In this document: in pieces, positions 13,956 to 27,900 of the stretch
How the letters are laid out: each line of letters starts with the position of its first letter
How positions within the stretch are numbered: position 1 is the stretch's first letter
From: Octopus sinensis
Taxonomy: Eukaryota
Direction: 5' to 3'
Length of the DNA: 64,000 nucleotides
Assembly (NCBI RefSeq): GCF_006345805.1
Contig: NC_043012.1
Coordinates: 33,170,001-33,234,000, forward strand
Position numbers and translations under genes: made by a program
The notes under the pieces: generated by a model
Database searches by the model: none
Told to the model about the DNA's origin: nothing
What the model saw: only the letters and a program-made list of their open reading frames with translations

Positions 13956-14369
13956 TAATAATGGTAATAATATTATTATTTTGGGGGAGGAAATGAGTTG
14001 ATTGAAGATGGATGAAATGTTGTTAAGCCTTTTTCCTGGAGTTCTAATGATTCTGCCAGCTCACCATGTTATTATTATTATTATTAATAATAATAATGAT
14101 AATAATAATAATCCTTTCTACTATGGGTGCAAGGCCTGAAATATTGGCAGGAGGTCTAGTCGATTACACAGGTGTTTATTAACAACCCTGGAAGGATGAA
14201 AGGCAAAGTTGACTTCGGTGGAATTTGAACTTGAAACGTGATGGGTGAAATACCACTAAGCATTACATTCAGTGTGCTAACGATTCTGCCAGTTTACTGC
14301 TTTAATAATAATGATAATAATAAAGTGAAAAAAAAATATCAGATGTTTTGGTGCATGACTTTTGGCGAA

Positions 14370-14407
<38 letters not shown>

Positions 14408-17400
14408 TTGAAATTTACAGAAAAACAAAAGACGAATACAGGTGTATGAACAATAAGCAGGTGTATTTATTTGACACTCAGGAAAGTGAAAAAGTCTTTT
14501 ACGTTTTGAGCCTATGCTCTTCAGCAGGAAGGAAAGAGAGAAAATATAAATAAAAAACAATTGTAAGTTTCTGAAAGACAAGATAATTAACTTCATTTAT
14601 TTATTTTTTTTAAGCTAATGACTACAGGTTTGTCGTACATCATCAGAGTATACGAAGCATTTTTGGGTATTTCAATATCAATGATATTTTCATTTTCAGG
14701 ACGACTGAAGCTGATGTCTTCACTATTGCAATATCTCTAGCAGAACGCTACAATCTATCACAGTGGGAAGTTTACATGACACACCTGGAGTTCCTCTTTT
14801 GTGAGAGTGGGTAAGTGTCTTTTAGTCTTTTATTTGTTTCTGTTGTTATACTACAGCTGTGCTGGGACTCTGCTTTGAAGAATTTTTTAGTGAAATGAAT
14901 TGAACCCAGTACTTATTCTATTGGTCTCTTATGTTGAACCATTAAGTTATGGGAATGTAAACAAACCAACTATGGTTGTCAAGCAATGGTGGGTCACAAA
15001 CTCAGATACACACACTGAGCTTTTTTTCAATTATTTCCATCTACCAAATCCACTCTCAAGGCTTTGGTCAGCCCAGTGCTAAAGTAGAAGACACTTGCCC
15101 ACAGTGCCATGCTGTGGGACTGAACCTAGAGCCATGTAGTTTGGAGGCAAGCTTTTTATCACACAGCCATGCCTGTGCCTATAATATGATAAATTTTTAT
15201 ATATTTTCTTTTGTTTTTCCCAGTGTGTTAAAATAGTCTCTGTGTAATATGCTACAATGTATTTGGTGTTAGGAAGGGCATCTAGCCATAGAAACTATTT
15301 CAGAGCTAACAGTAGGCCCTGACAAGGCCCTGGGGCTCCCTGGTTCCTGTCAAACAGCCCAACTTATGCTAGCATTGAAAACAGACCTTAAATGATAATG
15401 ATGATGATGATGATATAATAATTGGCTTCAAATTTTTGCACAAGGTTGTCAAAGTAGGTATTTTGACTTGCAGATAGGTTATCTGGAGAGTTACATGATT
15501 CTTTTTTAGCGAAAATATAACTAATATTTGTTAAATATTATCAAATATTCACCTTTATTTCAAAACCTAGCTTATAAATATTAAAACATTTTTGCAGAAG
15601 TGACTTTATCAAAGTAATCTAATTGATAAATCAACTCGAAAGAAAAAAATCAATGAGTATCACCTGGACAAGAAAAACATCTGGAATTACAAACAGAAGA
15701 GAAAACAGATGTTACATAATAAGACTACTGATATACAGCTGTCTACTTCAGATCCCTGTGATGTTGAGTGAATAGGTTCCATCCCTGATTTTTGGTAATA
15801 AAATCGCAATTTTTGGTAATAAAAGTGTTATTTATCCAGGAGTATATATGTACTTATTTTATTGACCCTGAAGGAATGAAATGTGAAGTCGACCCAAATA
15901 GAATTTGATATCATCATCATCATCGTTTAACTTCCGCTTTCCATGCTGGCATGGGTTGGATGGTTTTACACATGCCAGTAAAGCGGTGCTGGTAACGATC
16001 ACGCTCGAATGGTGTTTTTTACGTGTCACCGGCACGGAGGCCAGATAGCCGCTCTGGCAACGATCACGCTTGGATGGTGCTCTTAATATGGTTGTGTAAT
16101 CAACTAATGAAAGATTCACTATGACTGAAGCTCCCAATTCAAATTCATAATAATGGAATTGGACGGGGACAAAGTCATGGGAATCTGTGAAAGTAATGCA
16201 ACCAAAAGAAGAGATATTAGCCAAGTTCTTTCTTAGATAATGTTTTGTATCCCTTCTTTCTGATCTTAAGGCCTGTTCTGAGACTTAATACTTAAATCTT
16301 GTTAAGATTCTTCACTCAGTCTTAGACTTCAAAAATTTAATTTTCATTTTTATTTTTCAGACTTAATACAAATATCTTAATGAAACGGGTTGAAAGTGCC
16401 TCTTTGATGCCTACCTTGCTTGAAAATTATGAGCAGTTTATTCAGCGTATGCAGGACTACGTGTACCCTTTCATTGATGGCCAAGACCATTCACGGCTTA
16501 CCTATTACTATTCATTACTTAGTAAAAATGAAACTGAACACTGGTGGGGTGAAGATCTTAAACCATCCGTTCACGTAAATCTGCTTAAGAAATTGCGTCC
16601 TGTTGCTGCAGGTATGATGTATTTTTTTTTTATTCATTTAGAATGTACAGCAGTGGACTTTTGATGCAACAGATCTAGAAGTAGGAATTAATATCCAACC
16701 ATAGATATTAATGTTTAATAAAGGCCCAACACTACTAATTGATGGAGACATAACTAATTATATTTAAACGAGTATTTGACTTGTACTTATTTTATCTACC
16801 CCAGAAGTATGAAGGGCAAAGTAAACCCCACCTCCAGTAGGATTTGAACCCAGAACATAAAGGAATGTAAAGGAGTACTAAAAAAGAGGCTCATAAGGCT
16901 GTTTCCTTAGATTCTGTAGCATATATATTTTCTCTTGGACGGAATACCAATTTGTCTCAGGGTTACTCACTTTTGTCAGTGGAGTGGACTGAAGTGATGC
17001 AAAATGAAGGGTTTTTGGTCAAGAACACAACACTTTGCCTGATCCAGAAATCAAAACCACAATCTTACAACCATGAGTGCAATACCCTAACTGCTAAACC
17101 AGTGGTTCTCAACTTGGGTCCATATGGCCATTGGAGGTCTGTATGATCTTCAGGGGTCCATATAAAATTTATCTGCAATGAATTGGTTATACTTCTACAA
17201 TTCACAAAATATTTTAACAATTTTGTTATGCAATTCCTAATAGTATTTAAAAATAAAATATGATTTTTATTAAACATTGAAATGCTGTGAGGGTCCGTCT
17301 GGGTAAAAGAAGAATCAAAAGGTCCACAGGTATAAAATGGTTGAGAAGCACTGCTCTGTACCTATTTCTTTACTACCCACAAGGGGCTAAACACAGAGAA

Positions 17401-20400
17401 GACAGACAAGGACAGACAAACGAATTAAGTCGATTATATCGACCCCAGTGCGTAACTGGTACTTATTTAATCGACCCCAAAAGGATGAAAGGCAAAGTCG
17501 ACCTTGGCAGAATTTGAACTCAGAACATAGCAGCATTTCACCTGGTGTGCTAACGTTTCTGCCAGCTTGCACTGCTCTGTACCATGTTACTTTTTTATTG
17601 CTCTAATGATTCTGTAAACCCACTGTCCCTTACTCTACCATAGATATTGGTTTCAAATTTTGGTACAAGGCCAGCAATTTTGGGGGGGCAGTGGGATAAG
17701 TCAATTAAATCAACCCCAGTGTTCAACTGATACTTATTTTATCAATCCCAAAAGGATGAAAGGCAAACTTGACCGTAGCAGAATTTGAACTCTGAACATA
17801 AAGATGGACAAAATGTCACTAAGTACATTGTCTGCCATGCTAACAATTCTGCCAGCTCACCACTTTAACTCTGCTATAGATATTGAATAAAAATTTAAGC
17901 ACAAACTGTTGTTTCTCTAAAAACGATTGGTACATCTTTATGTTTAAGATGGTGACATCTTTGTTTAGACCACTGCTTCTTATTGGGTTGAAAAAAAACC
18001 TTTTGTATAGAAGAACTTTAAGGCTGCCCATACGACTTGAACCCACATCTCCTGTAGATATGTGATACAATGGTAAAATACCTGTCATATCTACAGGAGG
18101 TGTGGGTACAAGTTCCCCACAAGTAGTCTTTGACTTTCTCTATTCAAAAGGCTTTTTTAACTCAATATTTATATGCTATTATTTATAACTCTATGTGAGC
18201 CTTGAGATCCGTTAAAAAAAAAAACAAAAACACAAAGAATTTCGTTTTTGGATTTGGTTTGAAAGATTCTTTATATGAGTTCGTGTGTTGAAGCATATTC
18301 TATTGTCTCTGGGGAGTCATTTTCTTTTTGTGCCTTATAATGTAACATACTCACCGGTAAAATTTCCACTTTTTTCTTATTTTTATTGTCCTAAAATTTT
18401 CGTTGCGTCTTGCAACCTTTTCAATAGTTTTGACTCTTGAAACTAGTTTTGACTCTTCAAAACTATTGAAAAGGTTGCAAGACGCAACGAAAATTTTAGG
18501 AAAATAAAAATAAGAAAAAAGTGGAAATTCTACCGGTGAGCGTGTTACATAATAAGGCACAATAGAAAATGACTCTTCCTAGACACAACAAAAACAAAGA
18601 AGCTTAATATATATTCAAATATGAAATAGAAACAGCACTAGTGTAATAAACATTATCGACCACACATACTTAATGTACTGACAAACAAGCAAAGCATATA
18701 CGTTACGTATGTGTGGTTGATAATGCTTAATATATATATTTGAAATTGTGAAGTTTGTATTTTATTATTTAATAATAATCACATATATTTGTAGGTTTAG
18801 ACTATAAGCTTCTTATGACCAGTGAAGATCCGCTTGTCACCGTAATCCAGCCAATCCTCAGCAAAGATAATGTGAACACAATTGCAAAACTATCTTCCAG
18901 AATACCATGCAAGGTTTGTTTTAGATACATCTTCACTTCCTCTTTCTGTCCATCTTTATTTTGTCTTTTGTTTTGTGAGTAAAAATTTGTTAAAGTGGTG
19001 CATGAATCCTTCAACAATTGGAGTTTAGTAAATTTACAGTTTCACAATTTGATGTGATATTGCTTTCCAACGATAGGTACCCCTCTAGTCTTTCTCAAGT
19101 ATAACAACAAATGTTATAGCTTAAATGAAATATAAATGATGTATTGGACACAGCCGTTGCCAGTTCTACCAAACTGGTCCTCATGCCAGTCTATAAAGCC
19201 GTTGCCTACCTCCACCTCTTCTCTCCAGTTCCTCTATCTCTTGCTCCCTTCCCATACACTCTCACAACACTCAATTCTCTCACACACCTAGTCTCTTTGT
19301 CCTCACCCACTTCTACTTACCTTATACCTTGAGACCTTAACTTGAATATTTACCTCCTTGCAGCTATGACTAATCCTTTGTCACTCTCTCCATTAAATGT
19401 GAGTAGCCATGTTAGTGCCCTCAACAATAGCTTTGCTCTGTCCCACCACCTTCCTTCATACTGGAACCCTCGTCTCCTTGCATAAAGCTGTCTGCCCTCT
19501 CATCCTTCGGCCTACTGGATCCTGTCAAACTGTCCAACCAATGCCAACATGGTATATGGATGTTAAATGATGCTGATGATGTAACCCTCATCAGCTGCAT
19601 TCATAAGTTGCATAAGTAGAGGAACCTGGCTGATGACAGTCAAGGCTGATCTGGAACCCAACCAAGGCTCCCATATCTATGGCATTCGCCACTGGAATAA
19701 GGAGTGGTTGGAGATCATGCGGTCGTTAGCCTCAAATCGCCAGGCCTGGTCGGTGTTTGTGAGAGATGCAGCATTGAGGATGAATGAAACCAGCTGAACC
19801 CACCCCGGGTGAATGCTGTCAAGTCAAGTCAGTCAGTCATAAGTTGCATTAACTTCTATTTTAACAAAGATCATGACTGCTTATTTATTTTTGTTTTGTA
19901 TGTGCAGCATAAAGAATTTACAATTTGTTGTGGAAAACATACCATACATTTCACAGTAAAGACCATGTTGTTTATTAATTAAAGTAATTAATACTATGTC
20001 TGTATTTTTGGAGAGTGAGTTGTGTGTTTATTGAGAAAGAGTTTGTCATTCTGCTTTTCTTCTTCACTTCAGACGGGTGGTTTTATCCGTCCTGGTATGG
20101 TGTATTCAATATGGGCAGCTAAATCATTCTGGAGATCTAAAGAAACTCGTTCCAAGTTATCAGGGGATGTAAGTATTGTTGCTTTTGATCTAACTGCTAT
20201 GACTTCTTACATCTTAATAACAAATTCCTGTTGTTGCTTTCCCAAAAAGTTGAGTAGAAAAAAAGAGACAAAATGGAAAAACTGAAAAAAAGTTAGAGAT
20301 ACAAATAGTATAATACACAAACTCATATAACACATGTAAGATACACATACTAAAGACAGACTGAAGAAAAGAAAATAATTAAATGAGTAATAGAAAAAAT

Positions 20401-21921
20401 GAAACTACATAAAAGACACGGATACAAACAGTATTGCAAGCCAACCCATATACACGCACACAAAAAATACATGTACTAAACACATAGATGTGCATAAGAC
20501 CTGTTGAGGCAAGTGAAATCAAATCAAAAATCAAAATCAAATTCGATGACTGGTGTCCGTGCTAGCAGGGTGCAAAGATCACCATATGAGTGTGATCATT
20601 GACAGAGTGGCTAACCGGCTTCCGTGCCATTGACACTTAAAAGGCACCATTCGAGCGTGATCATTACCAGCGTCGCACTACTGGCACTCGAGCCCCATGC
20701 TAGTAGGGTATTAAGAGCACCATCCGAGTGTGATTGTTGCCAGCATTGCCCTACTGGCACCTGTGCCGGTGGCATGTGTAAAAGATTCGAGTGAGGTCGT
20801 TGCTGGTGCCGCCTGACTGGCTCGCATGCCGGTGGCACGTAAAAGCACCCACTACACTCTCGGAGTGGTTGGCGTTAGGAAGGGCATCCAGCTGTAGAAA
20901 CACTGCCAGATCAAGATTGAAGCCTGGTGCAGCCATCTGGTTCATCAGCCCTGTCATTCGTCCAACCCATGCTAGCATGGAAAGCGGACATTAAACGATG
21001 ATGATGATGATGATGTGTTCACACACATGCATGGGTGCACACATGCATGCGTGCACACAAATACAGATGCAAATGCATGTGTATATAAGAATCCATACTG
21101 CAGAAAGACAGAATGGACTAAACAGAATAGGAGAGGGATGTGGAATGGAGAGTCACTGATGAGGCTACAGGATGTGTGACAAAAGATTTCTGGCTAAAGA
21201 CACTAAAATAAAAATACTAATAAAGCCGAAGTGAAAACCAATTATATAGTGTTTGTTCAATTGACAAAAATATAACCATCCCCAGTTATAGTAATTCTTA
21301 CTAATTTCATTAATTTTGCAGTAAATTTAAATTGTAAACATAGTAATCCTATATTTTATTCATCCAACCAAATCACTTGTACATTGTTGTTTTTCAAAAT
21401 GGTCTCTGCTGTTTACCTTATCAAAGATTGTCAGTACCTAAAAAAATGTTGTTTGCAGAAATACATATCCGTAATCATCGTGTTATAAGTATGGTAATAA
21501 CACATTAGTGTGTTGTTTGAGGAAATTCTTTGAAGTCTAATCTACTAAATATCTCTCTTTGTGCAGGCTTATTGGCTTCAGCAATACGATGATTGTTTAG
21601 AGTTCACACAGAAGATGATCCCTGCTGAATTCTTAACATTTGTGGAATCCATTACATTTGTGTTGGCTTCAAGAGAAAAGGTCACTTATATCATCAACTC
21701 TCCTATTTTTTTTTCTTGTTTCTATCATTGTCTCCATCTTTCTAATCCTTTCTCTTTCCTAATTTCTTTCTCTCTGTTTTTACCTGTCACTCCATTTTTA
21801 AAAAATCTCCAACTCTCTTCCTGACTCTCTTATTCATCTGAATATCTGTTTGACTCTTTGCCAATCTCTATCTTTGCTTCACTCCTCTGTTTGTTTTCTA
21901 TCTCAAACAAATATTTTCTAC

Positions 21922-21956
<35 letters not shown>

Positions 21957-24900
21957 CAATATCAGATGTTTGATTTTGTGACAAAAATCTTTTGCCTCCT
22001 GATGTCATATTCCACATAGACCACTTCTATTTTGAAATTATATTCATATGTTAGCTTTTTGATATATTAACCAAGAAAACTAATGTTAACTAGTCTAGAC
22101 GTACAAATGACTGCCATTCTCTGTATTTTGAACTCATAACTATGGGTCCAGCATACAAGATAGAGAGAGAAGGTGAGAGAGACTGACAGTCAAACAGATG
22201 AAGATGGAATGAGAAAGAATGAGACATTGCTAGAAGCATTGAAAGAATGTTTTATATATATTTCTTTATTACCCACAAGGGGCTAAACACAAGGGGGACA
22301 AACAAGGACAGACAAAGGGATTAAGTCGATTACATCGACCCCGGTGTGTAACTGGTACTTATTTAATCGACCCCCAAAAGGATGAAAGGCAAAGTTGACC
22401 TTGGTGGAATTTGAACTCAGAACGTAACGACAGACGAAATACGGCTACGCATTTCGCCCAGCGTGGTAACGTTTCTGCCAGCTCGCCGCCTAAGAATGTT
22501 TTATATAGCTTAACATATGTATAGTTCTATTCAAATCCAGAATATGAGGAATTGGTTATGGGTCTGATGTACTTTCTGAATTTAATTTAGCACAAGTAAC
22601 TGTGGTTAATTTGAAACTAAAGGATCTTAAGCTGATTAAAATTGGAATTGCCATGTTCGTAATCTTCCTTTTTTTTATAAACTTGGTATTTTAAGACGGA
22701 TTTACTTTACAGTACATTTATGCAAACAGATATTTATATGCCATTGTATGTTCCTTCTTGAGCCATGCCTAATTCATAAGGGCCAGTTTTCCAATTTCAT
22801 TGGCAAATAAAGTCCCCCACCTGGATAGGATGCTGGTATGTCGCAGGTGAGCTGCTAGATGCAGGAGAAAAGAGTGTGAGAAAAAGTTGTGGTGAAAGAG
22901 TCAGCAGAGGTTCGCCATTACTTTCTGTGAGGACTGCCTGGAGTTTAGGTGTTTCACTCATAAATACACACATTGTCTGGTTTCAGATATGAAGCCATGA
23001 GTCCACTGTTCTAACCACTAGGCCATGTGCCTCCACGATATTTATATAAGCAGAATTAATTAATGTTGTAGTGAAAATGGTACCCTCCTACCCATGTGAC
23101 AGAGTGTTATGACCCAACCACAATAAAGTCAGACAGTCAATCATTGTAGCAGGTCAGTAATAGTGGATGCATTGGCCTACAAGAGTCCTGTGGCAGTGCC
23201 ATGTAAGAGGCACTTGTGCCAGCGTCACATAAGAGCACTCATGCAGTGTCATGTTAAAAGCATCCAGCACACACGGTAAAGTGGTTGGTGTTAGGAAGGG
23301 CATCCAACTGTAGAAACCAAGTCAAATCGGACCAGAACCTGCTGCAGCTCTCCAACTTGTCAGCTCTGGTCAAACTGTCCAACCCATGCCTGCATGGAAA
23401 CAGATATTAGTGGATGATGATGATTAAAAGTAGAATTAATTGTTTAGTTGTATGGTGTATTGTTTCTTTCTAAAATATTAGGCTGGCAGATATTTTTCCG
23501 TTTTCTTTATTTCTGCTTGGTACTGCATCATTACATGCCTGAAAAGAGTTTAAATTTATGAAGATTTCAAAAACGATAATTATAGAGGAAGAGTAGAGCT
23601 ACAAGAAAAAAATCCACTAAAACATTACAATGAAAAGAATTCAAATAACGTTGAGAAAGGATTAAAATGAAGGGGGGAAAAAATGAATGAATATATCTGG
23701 CAATCCAATACTTTGTTAATAATGAAGAGTTGTGTCACTGATGTATTTTTATTTCCTTTACATTTCACAGTTGACATTAAACTGCAGAGAAAATATTTTA
23801 AAGAAGGCTTTAAAGTATTGTCATCAAGATGAAGGAAAGAAGAAGAAAAAGCAAGATGACAGCAAGTAAGGCGTTTTTTAAAACAAATTATTTGGAGTTA
23901 GTAAAGTGGTGAATATTGTCCATCACTAGATGAAGCTAAACATGCCATCAGTTGTAGTAAGCATTGCACATAGAATTCATAATAATTTTAAGTCTGTGGC
24001 TTTCACCTGCTTTTGAAGATATTGAAGAACTCAAGACGACTCAGTAAAGTATACCAAGAGAAGGAGTTTTCTGGATAGGTTCATGTTTCTGTTTAACCCT
24101 TTAACATTCAAATTCCTCTGTCAAATGTGATGCTTATCTATTCACATTGTTTTGAATTGACCATGCATTATTTTGTAGCTTTGCAATTTTGATGATGTGA
24201 TTGTTTACTTTTAGAATAACATTGCAGTTTTTCTGGTGAGAATGTAGTCAGCCTGGTTTGTGTGCTCACTAGATTGGTAGAGTGTTGCCCAGCATGTCCA
24301 TTGAAGTCACTAGCTATGAAAAGAAAGTCAGTCATTTGTTACTGAGTTAGTTTGCAAAAGGACTTCTGGTTGAGAGCTCTTGGACATGGCTAATGATTGA
24401 GGAAATTGAAATTCAGTGTTTTACAAATTCCTTAATCCTGCAAACCATCCATGATGAAGGAAAGAGGGCTTGGGTTTCAGCTAACAACAAATTAATTGAC
24501 GATTCTCTCTGTTAATATTCAGAATTGCCCACAGGGATAGAAGTACACTTATGCTCAGTTAGTCTTTATTTAGGTGAATAAAGTGGTGCATTGGCAGTGT
24601 ACTGCTTCATTCACTAAAATGTAGCCTGACTGGGCATCTGTGTACTTTTACACCTTTCTGAATCTCAGAATAGGAGGAGAGAGAATCTTTAAATGATTTC
24701 GTGTATAGTATGTCTGTGAGTGTTTGTATTTAGCAAGATAGATAAGAATTCAATGCACTTTCTAATAATCATTTGGTTTTATGGTTTGTTTCAAGCAAAT
24801 TTTTCAAGGTGAGCTGGTAGGAGATTCTGATATGTAACAAAATTTCATCCATTTGACAGCCTTCTTATGATTGGTTAGCAGTTGGTCAAGTATCACAACT

Positions 24901-27900
24901 TTAAAATCAAAAGCTCTTAACAATTTACTTGAAGAACATGGACAGGCATGGTCAGTCTTGGGTTGTGATGGAAACCATATTTTAATGATCGACACAAGAT
25001 CTCCTTAGCTTACTGTAACCAGCTTTAGCTTGAAAGACGTTCTGGAAATGAATATATTTTTCATTCTTGCTATTTATTGTCATTGTTAAAATATTTTCTT
25101 TGTCTTGTCGAGCGTGATCATTACCTCGTTGCCTTACTAGCACTTGTGCTGGTGGCACGTGAAACATTCGAGCGAGGTCGACACCAGTGCCGCTGGACTG
25201 CGCAGGTGGCACATAAAAAACACCATTTGGGTGTGGCCGTTGCCAGTACCACCAAACTGGCACCCTCTACACTCTGAGTGGTTGGCATTAGGAAGGGCAT
25301 CCAGCTGTAGAAACTTCCAGATCAGATTGGAGTCTGGTTCGCTAGATCTCAGTCAAATCGTCCAACCCATGCTAGCATTGAAAACGGACGTTAAATGATG
25401 ACAATGATGATGATTATGCTAAAATGATTTTCATACATTTTCTAGGTGTGATGTGACATGGATTATGGCTGCAGATACAATTGAAGGTTATCTCGAGCAT
25501 CTACGATCTCAAAACAACCCTGTAATCGACACCTTGAAATCCTCTGATGATACATCCATGAAACAATATGCTAAGCAGTTTGATCTCTCCATGGGCAATA
25601 TTGAGCAGGTAAGTGAACAGTAAAACTGGAATGTGATTTTGCATTAAAATGGGTTTCAGACCTGGCTGTTTGGTTAAGAAGTTTGCTTCACAACCATATG
25701 GTTTCAGGTTCACTCTCACCCGAGGTTGTGCGTATGTGTATGGAAATGCACAAGCATGACTGTGTGTTTAAGACTCTTCCCAATCATGTAGTTTTGTATT
25801 GAATCCCTCCACATGGTACTCTGAGCAAGTTATGTATTTGATTGGAAAGCTAACCAAAGCCTTGTGAGTGGATTCTGTTGACAGAAACTTTAAAAAAAAC
25901 CTCATACATATACATGGTGCAATGGGTACATTGTCGCCTTTTTATATTTTCAATTTCGTGCATGCACATTGTTTTTGAATGTTTTGGCCACACAGTATAG
26001 TAGGGTCAGTTGGGCACCATCTGTGAGCAAAACTGCACTGTGACACAACTCATTTTGCCAGAAATTTCAAAACAACATGCTTCCAGCATTTAACATCATT
26101 TCCCAAGAAAACTAGGAATATGAGGAATCAAACATACACAAAAGAAATATGCCTGCTGTGGATATGTGTTTGTGTATGGAGAATGGCACTTGGGTGATGA
26201 AGCACTAATTGATCCCAATGGAAGGTACATATGGAAGTGGATAACGAAACAGAACAGGTGGAAAGAAGTGGTGGAGTCCACTGTGAAGCAGCTGAATCTT
26301 ATGGGGGGAAATGATGAAGGGCTGCAACAGTTGGTGGACACTGTACCTGAGAAAACCCATGCGCGCGCACACACACACACACAGTTATATACATCGGTGG
26401 CATGTAAAAAGCACCAACCGATCATGGCCGTTGCCTGCCTCCCCTAGCACCTGTGCCTGTAGCACGTAAAAAGCACCAACTACACTCACAGAGTGGTTGG
26501 CGTTAGGAAGGGCATCCAGCTGTAGAAACACTGCCAAATCAGACTAGAGCCTGGTGCAGCCTTCATGGATTACCAGACCCCGGTTGAACCATCCAACCCA
26601 TGCTAGCATGGAAAGCGGATGTTAAACGATGATGATGATGATGTATACATATGCCAAAAATGGAATATATGAGCGAGATGTGGTTCCCTAACACATCTAG
26701 AAGAAAAGTAACTCTGAATAAGATGTAATTTAGTTGATGGTAATCTGTTCAATCCATGCCAGTATGGTAAAAAAAAATGTAAAATGATGTTGATGGTGGT
26801 GGTGGTGGTAGCTGTGATTATGATGACAATGTATGTGGTAGTCCCTGTTCCTTTGACTGTTTCTGTCACTGTTCTGTGTGATACAGAAGGGACGTTTATA
26901 TAATACAATGAATAACGCTCATTTAGTTTTATTTATGTTTCTTCTTTTGCTATTTTTTTTTCCAGATAAAGAAACTACACATCCAAATATTAGTGGATGG
27001 TCATCCACTCGAATTAATTGATGAAATTCTGTCTGTTAAAAGCATCAAAGACTGGAATACAGCCGCTGTTGTCCAAAATGCTTTGGTATATACTACTGAA
27101 TACATCTGGTGAGTATTTAACTTCTACGTAGGAATTTCTTAATCATAGGTGTGGCTGTGAATAGGTGCAGACATGGCTTTGTGGTTAAGAAGCTTGCATC
27201 CCAACCATGTCGTCTTGAGTTCAGTCCCACTACATGACACCTTGGGCAAGTGTCTTCTACGATAGCCCCACCGCCCCCAAAAAAACAATAAATAGAAGAA
27301 ATAAATTAAGACCCTTGAAAAACTCCCAGAATAAAATCTTCAACATGTAAGAAACTTTCGAATCAGACTCTCCTCCACTGTTAAAAGTAAAAGAAATAGA
27401 AAATATTGATTGTACTCTATATAATGTTAATGGTATCTCACTTGTAAGTGACTCACTCTCATCTCTTTTCTCCACCATTTAAAAAGTCAGTGTTGACTTT
27501 GCAGGCTAAACAACAGTGCCACGATGACCACCACCACATCACCAACAACAGATATCTATATTAACATTGTATTAGTGTATGTGAAAGTGTACCATAACCC
27601 GGGGCCTTTACCTGGGATGTAGCCATTGGACACAGAACTCTGCTTGCAAAGACCTGTTGAGGCAAGTGAAATCGAAATCGATCAAAAAATCAATGGAAAT
27701 TGTAGTTGTGGTACCAGTGCCGGTGGCACGTAAAGAGCACCATTCGATCATGGCCGTTTGCCAGACTCGCCTGGCACCTGTGCCGGTGGCATGTAAAAAG
27801 CACCCACTACACTCATGGAGTGGTTGGCGTTAGGAAGGGCATCCAGCTGTAGAAACACTGCCAGATCAGACTGGAGCCTGGTGCAGCCTTCTGGCTTCCC

